Assembly: GCA_027451365.1 (NCBI GenBank)
Contig: DAIDJN010000029.1
Coordinates: 1-64,000 of the forward strand
Reading direction: 5' to 3'
DNA: 64,000 bases
Source of the DNA: Phycisphaerales bacterium
Lineage (GTDB): Bacteria; Planctomycetota; Phycisphaerae; WQYP01
The position numbers were made by a program, and so were the translations under genes. Position 1 is the first letter of the stretch, and each line of letters opens with the position of its first letter. Below the pieces are notes generated by a model. That model was not told the origin of the DNA. It ran no database searches and saw only the letters and a list, made by a program, of their open reading frames with translations. Below, one piece after another: positions 1-9,386 of the stretch.

Positions 1-126
1 GTGACGGATCCTCCACTGCCGCGTGCACGGCCGCGGTGAGCTCGAACCGGCCGTCGCAATCGGCATAAGGACAGGGGAAAGAAAAGGAAAGATGACCGCG
101 TTTTTCGGCTTACAACGCCGGAACCA

Positions 127-734
127 GCTTCAATGGGGCCGCAGCATTTCTGCTGCGGAAAGAATCGGCGATGATGAATCGCAGATCAGCTTCGCCGGCT
201 TCAATGGGGCCGCAGCATTTCTGCTGCGGAAAGCCTGGATGATTGCTGAAGCGCAAATGCTCCATCCCGGCTTCAATGGGGCCGCAGCATTTCTGCTGCG
301 GAAAGCGATCTGGATGATTACAGATTGACGGGGAAATTTGTGGCTTCAATGGGGCCGCAGCATTTCTGCTGCGGAAAGTTCCCGGATTTGCCATAGCTTG
401 TCGATGAATGCAGAGCTTCAATGGGGCCGCAGCATTTCTGCTGCGGAAAGATTGAAATACAGAGAATTTTTACGTGACTTAATCAGCTTCAATGGGGCCG
501 CAGCATTTCTGCTGCGGAAAGTCTGCCGGGCAACAGGACTTTTTTGAAAGGGTTAAGCTTCAATGGGGCCGCAGCATTTCTGCTGCGGAAAGTGAACATT
601 AAATGGCTTGTCGGAATGGTTTTCATGGCTTCAATGGGGCCGCAGCATTTCTGCTGCGGAAAGCTGGCAAAACGCATCTTTGAGATCGCGTCCAGGGAGC
701 TTCAATGGGGCCGCAGCATTTCTGCTGCGGAAAG
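127..734 (-). CRISPR. CRISPR array, 9 identical 36-bp repeats and 8 spacers of 35-37 bp
   Basis: GCTTCAATGGGGCCGCAGCATTTCTGCTGCGGAAAG starts at 127, 198, 270, 343, 415, 486, 557, 628 and 699. On the minus strand it reads CTTTCCGCAGCAGAAATGCTGCGGCCCCATTGAAGC, with hairpin CCGCAGCA-GAAA-TGCTGCGG and an ATTGAAGC 3' handle. The leader side faces cas2. Confidence 0.99.
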
Positions 735-937
735 TGTCCTCTTGTAATCTGCGGTTCTGCAACCACTTGCAACACGGTTTGCGAGCGATGCCCAAACCAC
801 ATTCAGAAAAAGGGACGGGAAAAAAAGCCCAAGCATATAACGCCACCTAAATAAATGGCTTACAACCCGCGAGCGATCCCCGGCACTTCCGCCATCACCG
901 CACCGCTCGCTATTCATTTGCCAAACAACGCCCTTCA
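735..937 (-). promoter_or_regulatory. CRISPR leader
   Basis: Non-coding stretch between the cas2 stop and the first repeat. It has A-rich tracts, GCGAGCGAT at 781-789 and 869-877, and an inverted partial copy CGCTCGC at 904-910. Confidence 0.8.
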
Positions 938-1228
938 TTATACCACCACCGCCGCCCGTGTCACCCGTTCATACGCACGACCCACCGCTTCCACAAGTTC
1001 CGCCCGCGAGCCGGAGGTTTGCCCAAGGTCGAATATCAAAACCTGGTCTTCACGGTGATCCACCACTTCCGCCAGGGAAATTTTCATCCGCACCATGTCT
1101 GCCTCCGTCAAGTCACACTGGAATACCGAATACTGCAAATGGCGGCCAAAACCCTTCATGAGCTTGAATACTTTCGCCAGTCGTTTGGAATCACAAATAT
1201 CATACATCACCAGATAATCACGCAGCAT
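938..1228 (-). CDS. cas2: CRISPR-associated endonuclease Cas2 (96 aa)
   Basis: MLRDYLVMYDICDSKRLAKVFKLMKGFGRHLQYSVFQC is a Cas2 signature. Start moved to ATG 1228, which follows a CAGGAG RBS. Confidence 0.97.
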   Translation of the reverse strand: MLRDYLVMYDICDSKRLAKVFKLMKGFGRHLQYSVFQCDLTEADMVRMKISLAEVVDHREDQVLIFDLGQTSGSRAELVEAVGRAYERVTRAAVVV

Positions 1229-1262
1229 CTCATGCTCCTGTCTGCCGGTCCGCCCGGCGGCG

Positions 1263-3140
1263 TCAGCGGGTTGTAAACGGTGGGTATTCCGCAATTTCCC
1301 CCAGCAGCAACCGTGAAACCAGCCGCACCTGCACTTCCAGGACGCGCCGATAGGTAATGCGATATCCGAACTGCGGATGCGTAACCTCGCTTTCCATGCG
1401 CCGTTCATAAGCCTGCAAGAATCGCTTTTTCCCGGCCGGTTCCAGGGCTACAGCCCCGCCACGGCGCACAAAATCTCCCGGTCCCACCACGCCTGTGTTA
1501 ATGGCTGTTACCACCACGGAATCTGCTATCAGCGGCCGAAATTCTTCCATCAGGTCCAGGGCCAGCGCCGGTTTGCCGAACTTGGGCTGATGATAAAACC
1601 CCATGTAGGGATCCAGCCCCACCGCCCAACAGGCTACCGCAAGCTCCTTGGCCAGCAGCGCATAGGCATATGAAAGCAATGCGTTAACCGGGTCCACCGG
1701 CGGCCGACGGTTGCGGTTATTAAAATCCAATACAAAATCGTGCCCGCCTTCCGGCGTGCCGCGGGGCTTTAACAGCGAACTGAAGCTGGAAAAATAAATG
1801 TGGGCGGCATTCCCCTCTATCCCCAACAGTGTCTCCAGGTCAGTTGCCCGCATGGCCTGGTGCCCGCCGGACGCCATGGAGTTTAGCGTCAATTCCGAGA
1901 TATGTTCGCCATTGCGGCGCAGGAAAGTGCGCTGATTTTCAATTTTTCCCCGCACGATCGCGCGGGCCACGCGCAAGGCAAATGTCGGCTCCGCGGCCCA
2001 CTTGAATTGCGCCATGCGCAATTCCACGTTTTTGCTTGGCATTCCCTGCGTCATACCGTAAAACCAGCCGCCCCAGGATAAATACACCAGCGGCGTGCCC
2101 TGCTGGCAAAGTGCCTGGACCGTTTGGGTGGAAATTTGCACATCTCCCATCAACACCACCTGCGAAATATCCCGTAGCGGCCTTTCCGCCAAGACCCTTT
2201 TTTCCGGCGGCGGTGAACGCACTTCCAGCACGTCCCCTTTTTTTCCCACATATGCCCGTGGTTCCTGCACATACAGCGGCAAATGGTCCGAGGCCGTGGG
2301 AATAATGGTGCGCATGCGTGGCTCACCGGTCACCGAGCGGCCATCAACTGTGGCCTGAAGCAGTCGGGTTTCGTCCGGCAGGCAAATTCCCACCAGTGAA
2401 CATCGCGGACATTTGGGGCTGTCCTGCAAGGGCGGCGGAATCTGGCCGCCTTTCGCCATCGCCTTCATTTGCGAAACCAGTTCCAATGTGCGGGCCACCA
2501 GGGCATCATCAAAGGGTATTTCCACCCGTGTTTTGGCGGCAATGTAATATATAACGCCTTTGTCACACCGGTAGCCGTTTTCCCGCAATATCAACCCGGC
2601 CACGCACAACTGCACACGTTCCGGTTCCCAGGACCGCTGGTCGTTGTCGGGCACGCAGCCGCGTTTATATTCCACCGGAACCACCGCGGGCGGCAGGGTG
2701 CATTCGCCTGTGCCGGGGATGTCGCGGGCGCATTTTTCCGGTGAGCTATCGGGCGGGCCATCGGGTGCTGCTTCTGGTGCTATTTTCCGTGGCGGCGTGT
2801 CGGCATCGGCGGATTCCACCAGGTCAATTATCGCGGTAAGGCCCAGCACCGGGGCGGACACCTGAACCGACGCGGCATGAATGCGGGATAATTCCGTGGA
2901 AGCTTCATCCGCCGATGCGCCGGCCTCTGGCATGGTGCCTTGGCCGCGGTTCACCCGCCGATGCTTATATTCGCCATCCAGCGTATCGCCGGAAGGGGTG
3001 AATTCCGCCTGCACCCATTCCAGATAACACAGTCGCGGGCAATAGGAAAATTCATTGATCATGCGTGCAAGCACAAGGTCCGGTGGGACGGCTGCAGGTT
3101 TGGTGGCGGCGGGCGCAACGGGCGAATTGGAATATAGCAT
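1263..3140 (-). CDS. cas1: Cas4-Cas1 fusion
   Basis: N-terminal Cas4 (YCPRLCYLEWV, D..VEYKRG, QLC, KCPRCSLVGICLP Fe-S cysteines) joined to Cas1 (LLGIEGNAAHIYF, RNRRPPVDPVNALLSYAY, ALALDLMEEFRP). Start ATG 3140 inferred. Confidence 0.97.
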   Translation of the reverse strand: MLYSNSPVAPAATKPAAVPPDLVLARMINEFSYCPRLCYLEWVQAEFTPSGDTLDGEYKHRRVNRGQGTMPEAGASADEASTELSRIHAASVQVSAPVLGLTAIIDLVESADADTPPRKIAPEAAPDGPPDSSPEKCARDIPGTGECTLPPAVVPVEYKRGCVPDNDQRSWEPERVQLCVAGLILRENGYRCDKGVIYYIAAKTRVEIPFDDALVARTLELVSQMKAMAKGGQIPPPLQDSPKCPRCSLVGICLPDETRLLQATVDGRSVTGEPRMRTIIPTASDHLPLYVQEPRAYVGKKGDVLEVRSPPPEKRVLAERPLRDISQVVLMGDVQISTQTVQALCQQGTPLVYLSWGGWFYGMTQGMPSKNVELRMAQFKWAAEPTFALRVARAIVRGKIENQRTFLRRNGEHISELTLNSMASGGHQAMRATDLETLLGIEGNAAHIYFSSFSSLLKPRGTPEGGHDFVLDFNNRNRRPPVDPVNALLSYAYALLAKELAVACWAVGLDPYMGFYHQPKFGKPALALDLMEEFRPLIADSVVVTAINTGVVGPGDFVRRGGAVALEPAGKKRFLQAYERRMESEVTHPQFGYRITYRRVLEVQVRLVSRLLLGEIAEYPPFTTR

Positions 3141-3638
3141 GGCGGACCCTCCAGCATTTGCAGTCGGGTGGTTCCGTCCACAGGAAGGCCAATCCGTGGT
3201 AAAAGATGGAAAGGGCCGTGCAGGCTCAAATGCCCACACAGCCCAATATGATATTTAGATCATAAAATAACAAAATACAAGGACCGATAATAACATAAAT
3301 TGCGGGCCGCCACGGCTGCATCAACCCGTCTCCGGCGTTCAGGTTCATGCCATCGTCCGTTGCCCCGGGCGTCGCGTCGCCATCGCGGGGCGCGCACTTT
3401 ATCCATTGCCAGCACCGGTCGGACATTAAAAACGAAAAAGCGGCTTGGGCCTGCCCGTATTTCGCGTGTCGCATTCGCAAAGCCCGACATGATCCGTGTG
3501 GATCGTTGGGCGACATAACCCGGTAAGCGCAGAAAATGAACTGACAGGCAACAATTAAAATTTTTCCCGCGAGTGCATTTCCCGATTGCAACGCCGGCCC
3601 GCGATGCGGAAATTCGCTGCGGCCATTAATAAAAACGG

Positions 3639-3747
3639 CTAGTGCTCTGTCACATCAGGATGCCAGGGTCGGCAAGGGATACTGAAGTTTCCCGGTGTGT
3701 CCTTGGCGGGTCAGTCTCCCTAAAATTTTACCGCGACAGAGCACTAG
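3639..3747. mobile_element. 109-bp MITE-like element, copy 1
   Basis: Perfect 14-bp inverted repeat GCTAGTGCTCTGTC (3638-3651) / GACAGAGCACTAGC (3735-3748), with CTAG at both ends and no transposase-sized coding capacity. A diverged copy of the same length lies at 53845-53953. Confidence 0.7.
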
Positions 3748-3869
3748 CGATTCGTCGAGGTTATTTTTGTCGGCGGGCAAACCGCGTTAATTCCTATCCG
3801 GCACTGCGCATAGTCCGAACCCGCAATGCCGGCCAGCGCCAATGATGAGGGGGCCGTGGAACGGGGCCA

Positions 3870-4826
3870 TTATAATGAGAACGCTGGCGTGAATATTCTA
3901 GTCTTACCGACGGTTTCGCGGCGACATCGGTAAACGGCGGGCAGGCCAATTTTTTTCAGGTCCGCGGTAACCGGAGTGTCCGGGACAAGTCCCGCAAGAG
4001 TTATAAGCGACCTCGCCGTCTCAAGGGATACAGGCACGCCCCAAACGCCCCAGGTGAATTGACGCAGGCTATTTTTCTTTCCGGTAAAGCCGGGGGTGGT
4101 TAATCGCGGTCCGTCCACCGCCGTAGGGAATAAAGGTATTGCCTCCAGCGCAAGCCTGTTAGCTCCGAGCACGTTCCCGCGATTTTTGCGTTCAGGATCG
4201 CCGGATGGCTTGGCCCATTGGAAAGCGTGGCGCCTGTCCTCTGACGGGTCAAACTTTAATGAGAGGTTGTCCATTGGATCGGAATAGGTCCAGGCGCGGA
4301 ACAGGGCCTCTTCAATATGGCGACCTTCGGCCTTGGTGATAATGTTTTTCAGATTGCCGCCAAAATAATCGGCACGCGGCGCGCGAAGTGCTGAATCCGC
4401 TTCCTCGTTTTTGGCCAGATTTATTTCTGTTCCGATTCCCGTAAGCCAGTCCGCTATTTGGCGTTCCGCAATGCCACCTTGGCGGTATTGCATAAACAAT
4501 CGCTGGCGGTCGCCGGAGTTATCGGTGTAATCTAAAAGCCAATTTTCCCAGAGGAAAATCGGATGTGAAGCGGGATCCGTGCGGAATGGCGTTATGTACC
4601 GCATTATCGATTCCGCCACATCGGAATTAGACAAGGCATTTTTCGCATGGATGACGGGTCTCCACGCGCCGCCTTCCAAACGCCAGCCCATGCGTATTTG
4701 CCTGGAGGGCAATACAAGCGACAAAACGCGGAATGTTCCCAGCGCGGCCAAGTATGCCAACAGGTTTCCACCGGTCAGACCGGTCAGCATAACCTCCGAT
4801 TCCGGATGATGTTGAACGTCGGTCAT
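3870..4826 (-). CDS. Type I-G small Cas8-like large subunit (Csb3/Cas8u-type, 318 aa)
   Basis: ATGA overlap with the cas3 stop. Motifs LTGLTGGNLLAYLAALG, ALFRAWTYSD, LKFDPSEDRRHA and GANRLALEAIPLFP are typical of the I-U/I-G gene after cas3. The upstream 122 aa of the track ORF overlap cas3 and were trimmed. Confidence 0.8.
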   Translation of the reverse strand: MTDVQHHPESEVMLTGLTGGNLLAYLAALGTFRVLSLVLPSRQIRMGWRLEGGAWRPVIHAKNALSNSDVAESIMRYITPFRTDPASHPIFLWENWLLDYTDNSGDRQRLFMQYRQGGIAERQIADWLTGIGTEINLAKNEEADSALRAPRADYFGGNLKNIITKAEGRHIEEALFRAWTYSDPMDNLSLKFDPSEDRRHAFQWAKPSGDPERKNRGNVLGANRLALEAIPLFPTAVDGPRLTTPGFTGKKNSLRQFTWGVWGVPVSLETARSLITLAGLVPDTPVTADLKKIGLPAVYRCRRETVGKTRIFTPAFSL

Positions 4827-7822
4827 GAACAAACCTCCTGCGAAGCTTCCGCGTTCGCCGCAATCTGGGTATGCGGATTGGCGCTCGCCTCCCAATCGGC
4901 GAGCCGGAGCACGGATTCCATGTACGCCAAGCCCCACCAGCCAAACGATCGCGTTAGAAACCAGAAGCGATCTGCGATGCCCGATCCAAGATGTTGGGCT
5001 TTTGGCAAAGCCGCGCGCGACTCGGCGGTTAGGTGCACCGGCGGATCGAAGCCATTTGGGGCTACAATATTCCCCGGTTCCAAATCGATCCGAACCGGCG
5101 CAAATGGCCGGGCGTGACCGTGGTGCGCCGCGATCAAGTGGAGCAGTAATTCGCGCCGTATTTCGCTGGTGGGTAGCAGGCCGGCCAGACATTTCTGGAC
5201 GATTTGCAGCGAGACCATTTCATGCCTGAAATCCGGTCTTCCCGTGAACGTGTTATCCGATTTAGCCAAAGGATCGCTGCCCAGGTTGCCCAATAAATCC
5301 TGAAATCTGGGGTCGAGTTTCCCTAAGTCATGCCAGCGACCGGCAATATCCAGCACCTCCCGCAAGTCTTCCGGAAGCCCTTGGGCGAATTTTTCCGCAG
5401 CTGACTGCACGTCCGCAAGATGTTCGGATAGATAGACCGGGCGGTCGGATGCTGATGCCGCATCTTCATCAGCCGCAGATTCGTCAATGTCAACGACCTG
5501 TCCCGGAACGGAGATGATCCATGACCCCTTTTCAATTGGGTGGGGCTTTAAATATTTTGGCCTGATCGCGCCCGCCATCGCATCGCAGATTTTCCCGAAA
5601 TCGGCAAGTCTCGATTTCTCGCCAGCGGCTGCGCCGTTTTTGGCGGCGGCTCGAAGTTGCGCCCGGAGTGAATCAATATCCGGAACATCCGCATCGGCGT
5701 CGGTGCCATTTTCACCCAGCCAATCCAAGAGTGGTTGGGCGGCCTTCCGCAGCGGTTCCTGCTGAAGTACCGACGGGCTTATTCTAAGAAAAATCCCGCT
5801 GAACCCGCGCCTGTTCCGTTGCGGCAGCGCAAGCCACGCCGCCTCTTCGGCACGATCCACCGGGGCATCGTCCAGGCTGGTTCCCAGCTCGGCGGGAATT
5901 TTGTGGACTGGCCGCATCGGTAACACAATAAGATCATTCGGGCGGATGAGATTGAGCGCTTTGGAGGCGGCGAGCGACTCCCATTCGCCGTCCCTGAATC
6001 GTAAATATTGTTTTACCTGAATGCTCCCGGTCTCCGGTTGGGATTCTCCTGCCACGGCGGCTCCCTCGACGTCCTCGTCGTCGGCCGCTGCGGGGGGGGG
6101 CGTCTGACCCAGGAGATATTTTTTCAGCCGGAAGATCGGAACGCTCAGGCACTCTTGCTTTTTCGGCGGGCACAAGGCCAGGAGTTCGGAATAGCCGGTC
6201 GCGGGCCCGCCCCCTTCGGCGGCAAGGTCCACCCGAAATGCCACGCGCACTTCAGCTTGGCCGCGTCCGACGCCATGCAAGTAGGCGGGAACATCAATAT
6301 CCGGCGTTGGGTGCGGGGCGGTCTGGCAGAGAATGTCGACGTGCGCCGGCATTAGCACGGGTGCATCGGGATGGGGTGCCAGCATCCCGTCGCGCACACC
6401 CGGTTCAAGATTGCGAAAGTTCTCGCCCAATGAATTGATCGCAAAATTCACCGTTGCGGGGTCGGGCCCATTTTTGGCCGCCTCCTGAAGCCAATTCCAC
6501 GTTTTGGTAATTCCTTTGCCGTAAATTGGGTCATCGTTATCTGCGGCAACGTCGGATTTTGCGGCCAGGATAAGGGCATTCGTCCCCCCCAGGTTCCCAA
6601 AGCGGTCTAGCCGGCCAAACCGCTGCAGCAATGCGTCAATGCTCGCGCACTGCGTCACGAGGAAATCAAAACCAAAATCCGCGCCCACTTCGAGGCATTG
6701 GGTGGTCACCAAGACAATCGGCTTGCCCGGTACATCGGGTGCGGAGGCGCGCAGAAAACGCGACCAGCGGCTTAGGAGTTCGTCGCGGTCAATTGGGCGC
6801 ATGCGGCCAGTGAGCAGGACGACATCGCAGCTTGAAAATTCTTTTTCCACTTTTGCCAGGCCCGCTATTTCATGGGCCAAGCCGACCCGGTTTACCATGA
6901 CAGCAGCCCGTTTGCAGCCGGTCTTGATCGCGCCAGCGACCGCGGAAAGCGCCCTTTCAGCAAACGCGTTGGTGCCGTTCTTCCCTATCAATTCCATCCG
7001 TGCCAGTTTGACCGCGGCGGACCTCTTGGTAAGTTCCGAATCGCTGAGCGCCGCATTCCGCTCTTGCTCATTCGGAAATTTCGCGAGTTCATTACCCGCG
7101 GCGTCTTCCAGTGGTGCCGTGGCGCTCATGACCACGAGTTTGAGCGGCATCGCGATACGGACTTTCCCGGATGACCATTTTTCACTATCCAGATAGTCGC
7201 GAACACTGGCGACTGTTTGCATAAATGGCCGGGCGCAATGAGCTTCATCCAAAATTATAAGGCTGTCATAGGCGGTCAACGCAGCATGGATCGGAGCCAT
7301 CAGTGGTGATCCGCCATAGGAGCGAAATAACAGCCGCGAGCCAAGTTGATCCACAGTGGAGGTGATCACGGCGGCCTGGAGGGGATTTTCCGACCAGTGC
7401 TGTTGCGTGCGCGCGATGCCTCCTCGCAACCTTGAGACGGCGAGCGGGGATTCCCCACCGGAAACTTGACGTAAGCGGTCGGCGGTATCCTTCAAAATTC
7501 CGTTTGTGGCCTCAGCAAGTTTCCCGGCAAGCTTTGCAGCCCTGTCGAAGGCCTCGTCTACAACGATTCGCCGGTCTACCGCAAAAAATATCCGGCGCGG
7601 AGCGGTGCGCGATTGGGGAGATGTAACGGCCTGAAGGGCCAATGCAAAAACCGCGATATCTATGCAAGCGGTCTTTCCGCTGGCAGTGGGCAAATCAATA
7701 ACCTGCGGCCAATCGGCACCGGCCGCAATCTTTTCCAGCAGCATGCGCTGCCAAGGGAACGGCCTGTAATCATGAACCGCTTCAAAGAATTCGGCAAACC
7801 TATCGGGCGTTAGTTCAGCCAT
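4823..7822 (-). CDS. cas3: Type I-G Cas3 helicase with C-terminal HD nuclease
   Basis: PFPWQ, LPTASGKT, VDRRIVVD, LDEAH, MSAT, TQCLEVGADF and QRFGRLDR helicase motifs, then HLADV..WHDLGK..RHE..HHG at the C-terminus (I-U/I-G architecture). Confidence 0.97.
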   Translation of the reverse strand: MAELTPDRFAEFFEAVHDYRPFPWQRMLLEKIAAGADWPQVIDLPTASGKTACIDIAVFALALQAVTSPQSRTAPRRIFFAVDRRIVVDEAFDRAAKLAGKLAEATNGILKDTADRLRQVSGGESPLAVSRLRGGIARTQQHWSENPLQAAVITSTVDQLGSRLLFRSYGGSPLMAPIHAALTAYDSLIILDEAHCARPFMQTVASVRDYLDSEKWSSGKVRIAMPLKLVVMSATAPLEDAAGNELAKFPNEQERNAALSDSELTKRSAAVKLARMELIGKNGTNAFAERALSAVAGAIKTGCKRAAVMVNRVGLAHEIAGLAKVEKEFSSCDVVLLTGRMRPIDRDELLSRWSRFLRASAPDVPGKPIVLVTTQCLEVGADFGFDFLVTQCASIDALLQRFGRLDRFGNLGGTNALILAAKSDVAADNDDPIYGKGITKTWNWLQEAAKNGPDPATVNFAINSLGENFRNLEPGVRDGMLAPHPDAPVLMPAHVDILCQTAPHPTPDIDVPAYLHGVGRGQAEVRVAFRVDLAAEGGGPATGYSELLALCPPKKQECLSVPIFRLKKYLLGQTPPPAAADDEDVEGAAVAGESQPETGSIQVKQYLRFRDGEWESLAASKALNLIRPNDLIVLPMRPVHKIPAELGTSLDDAPVDRAEEAAWLALPQRNRRGFSGIFLRISPSVLQQEPLRKAAQPLLDWLGENGTDADADVPDIDSLRAQLRAAAKNGAAAGEKSRLADFGKICDAMAGAIRPKYLKPHPIEKGSWIISVPGQVVDIDESAADEDAASASDRPVYLSEHLADVQSAAEKFAQGLPEDLREVLDIAGRWHDLGKLDPRFQDLLGNLGSDPLAKSDNTFTGRPDFRHEMVSLQIVQKCLAGLLPTSEIRRELLLHLIAAHHGHARPFAPVRIDLEPGNIVAPNGFDPPVHLTAESRAALPKAQHLGSGIADRFWFLTRSFGWWGLAYMESVLRLADWEASANPHTQIAANAEASQEVCS

Positions 7823-9386
7823 TGTGTTCTCCCGCCAGCAACGGCTTGAACATGCCGTAACCACGGTAGCGCCCCGCTCCCAGCAACACCGGTCCGACGA
7901 CGGGATCGGAAAATATCAGCCTGGCATGCAAATGCCGCCGCAGGCTGCCGTCCTTTCTAGCAAGGCGCGGGAACTCGAACGCGGCTGGCGCGCCATCGCC
8001 AACGAAACTTATGTGAGATATATCAATGTGTTTTGGTCCGGGCAATCCAACACGTGCACATGCGTTCGCCAGCATTTCCCTGAGTTTATTCTGATAGCCG
8101 TCAATATCTTTCTCCCTTGGGTGCTCGTCGAAAGATACCGGCGTTACCGACGACCATATCCTTGCCCCCCTGCGACCGCCGGTCCATACGGCAGTGCGCA
8201 GATTGCGAAGCGAAGGGAGCTCAGCCTCCGGCACCAATCTCCATTTTCCAATTCGCCCCAGGGTAAGCCCGCGTTCGGTGATGGTGGACATTGCTCGCCG
8301 GACCAGATTCCGCCCGGCTGCTGGAACATTTCCGGGGATCGCAATCGCTACGCCGAGAACATGCCCGTCCGCGTGCTCGCTGCCGACAAACGGAAGCGGA
8401 ATGACGGCGCAATGCGCCTGGTCGCTGGGCGAGTTTTGTGGATCGGATTTATGGCCGCTTATGAATTCCGGGATCGGGCCGAGTGGCCCCGAAGCTTTTA
8501 ACATCGCCCGCCGCAAGCCAGCGACAAGGGCGGGTGAACTGGCGATGTCCATCCGCGAGCGGGTGCTTTCCAGAGGTTGGATGCCGAAAACAAGGAGCCG
8601 GTCGCTCCAGATGCTGCCGGCCAATTCGCCTTGGGCCGGACCGATTACGCGATAACCTGAAGTTATCTGGAAATCGGGGCGCACGGGCTGCGGCCGAACA
8701 TTGCCGAAGTCATTGGCGAGTTTGTCCTTCGCCGATTTTTTCTCTTTCGCCGTCCCGTTCTGACGCAGCCTATCAAGCCGCATAAACTCCGCCATATCGT
8801 CTGACCTGTAAAGTCGCCGCAGTTCGGCCAGGCTGCCAGGCGTAATAATACGGAGCTGCGTCTCTGCGTCCTCATCGTCAGGCGTCCATCGGTCCCGGAT
8901 CCCGCCGACCGGCGGGCTTTCGGCCATCCAGACACGCACCAGCGACGAAGAGTGGCCGATTCGAGTGACCTTCCCCGCGATATTGCGCAGAGACTGTAAG
9001 GTGGCCGCATCCGCATCCGCGTGCCGCCAGCGATAGTAAACGACCGGATCGTCGGGGCGAACGCGAGGAAACCCGCGGGGCTGCCGGGATCGCAAAATGA
9101 CCGGCAACGTCTTATTTGAGTCAAGTCCATCGTTTACGGGCACGTAGTGGGTGACCGAAGAGCGCGGCTCCGCGTACGACGCGAAAATATCGGGCGGCGC
9201 GGCGATGGTTTCGATAAAGGTTAGGGCGACTTTGTCCGCTGGGTCTTCGCCTGATTCAAAATAGGCGGCGGCAAGCGCCATAAACAGGCGAGCAGGGTGC
9301 GGCGGCCATTCCGGCCGGTCGCGCGCGGATGGGTGGGTGGCGACATAATAGCCGGTCAGGAATTCGATCCCCAGACAAAGCATCAT
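7815..9386 (-). CDS. csb2: Csb2 (Cas5-Cas6 fusion)
   Basis: EWPPHPARLFMALAA, THYVPVND and the C-terminal Cas6 G-rich loop GPVLLGAGRYRGYGMF. Confidence 0.95.
   Translation of the reverse strand: MMLCLGIEFLTGYYVATHPSARDRPEWPPHPARLFMALAAAYFESGEDPADKVALTFIETIAAPPDIFASYAEPRSSVTHYVPVNDGLDSNKTLPVILRSRQPRGFPRVRPDDPVVYYRWRHADADAATLQSLRNIAGKVTRIGHSSSLVRVWMAESPPVGGIRDRWTPDDEDAETQLRIITPGSLAELRRLYRSDDMAEFMRLDRLRQNGTAKEKKSAKDKLANDFGNVRPQPVRPDFQITSGYRVIGPAQGELAGSIWSDRLLVFGIQPLESTRSRMDIASSPALVAGLRRAMLKASGPLGPIPEFISGHKSDPQNSPSDQAHCAVIPLPFVGSEHADGHVLGVAIAIPGNVPAAGRNLVRRAMSTITERGLTLGRIGKWRLVPEAELPSLRNLRTAVWTGGRRGARIWSSVTPVSFDEHPREKDIDGYQNKLREMLANACARVGLPGPKHIDISHISFVGDGAPAAFEFPRLARKDGSLRRHLHARLIFSDPVVGPVLLGAGRYRGYGMFKPLLAGEHNG

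Noticed and set aside
107..116. GGCTTACAAC shared between the putative oldest spacer and the leader (857-866)
   Set aside because: Only 10 bp and it does not extend, so it is probably chance.
163..698. Self-targeting spacers
   Set aside because: Only matches of about 10 bp were seen by eye (e.g. CAAAACGCAT in csb1; CTGGATGATT shared by spacers 2 and 3), which is expected by chance. A BLAST search is needed for real targets.
23..938. Several 60-100-aa ORFs with repeated peptides (FNGAAAFLLRK, LQWGRSISAAE)
   Set aside because: They are translations of the CRISPR repeats and leader.
3226..3845. Short ORFs in the cas gap as toxin or anti-CRISPR genes
   Set aside because: No clear RBS or recognisable motif, and one overlaps the MITE.
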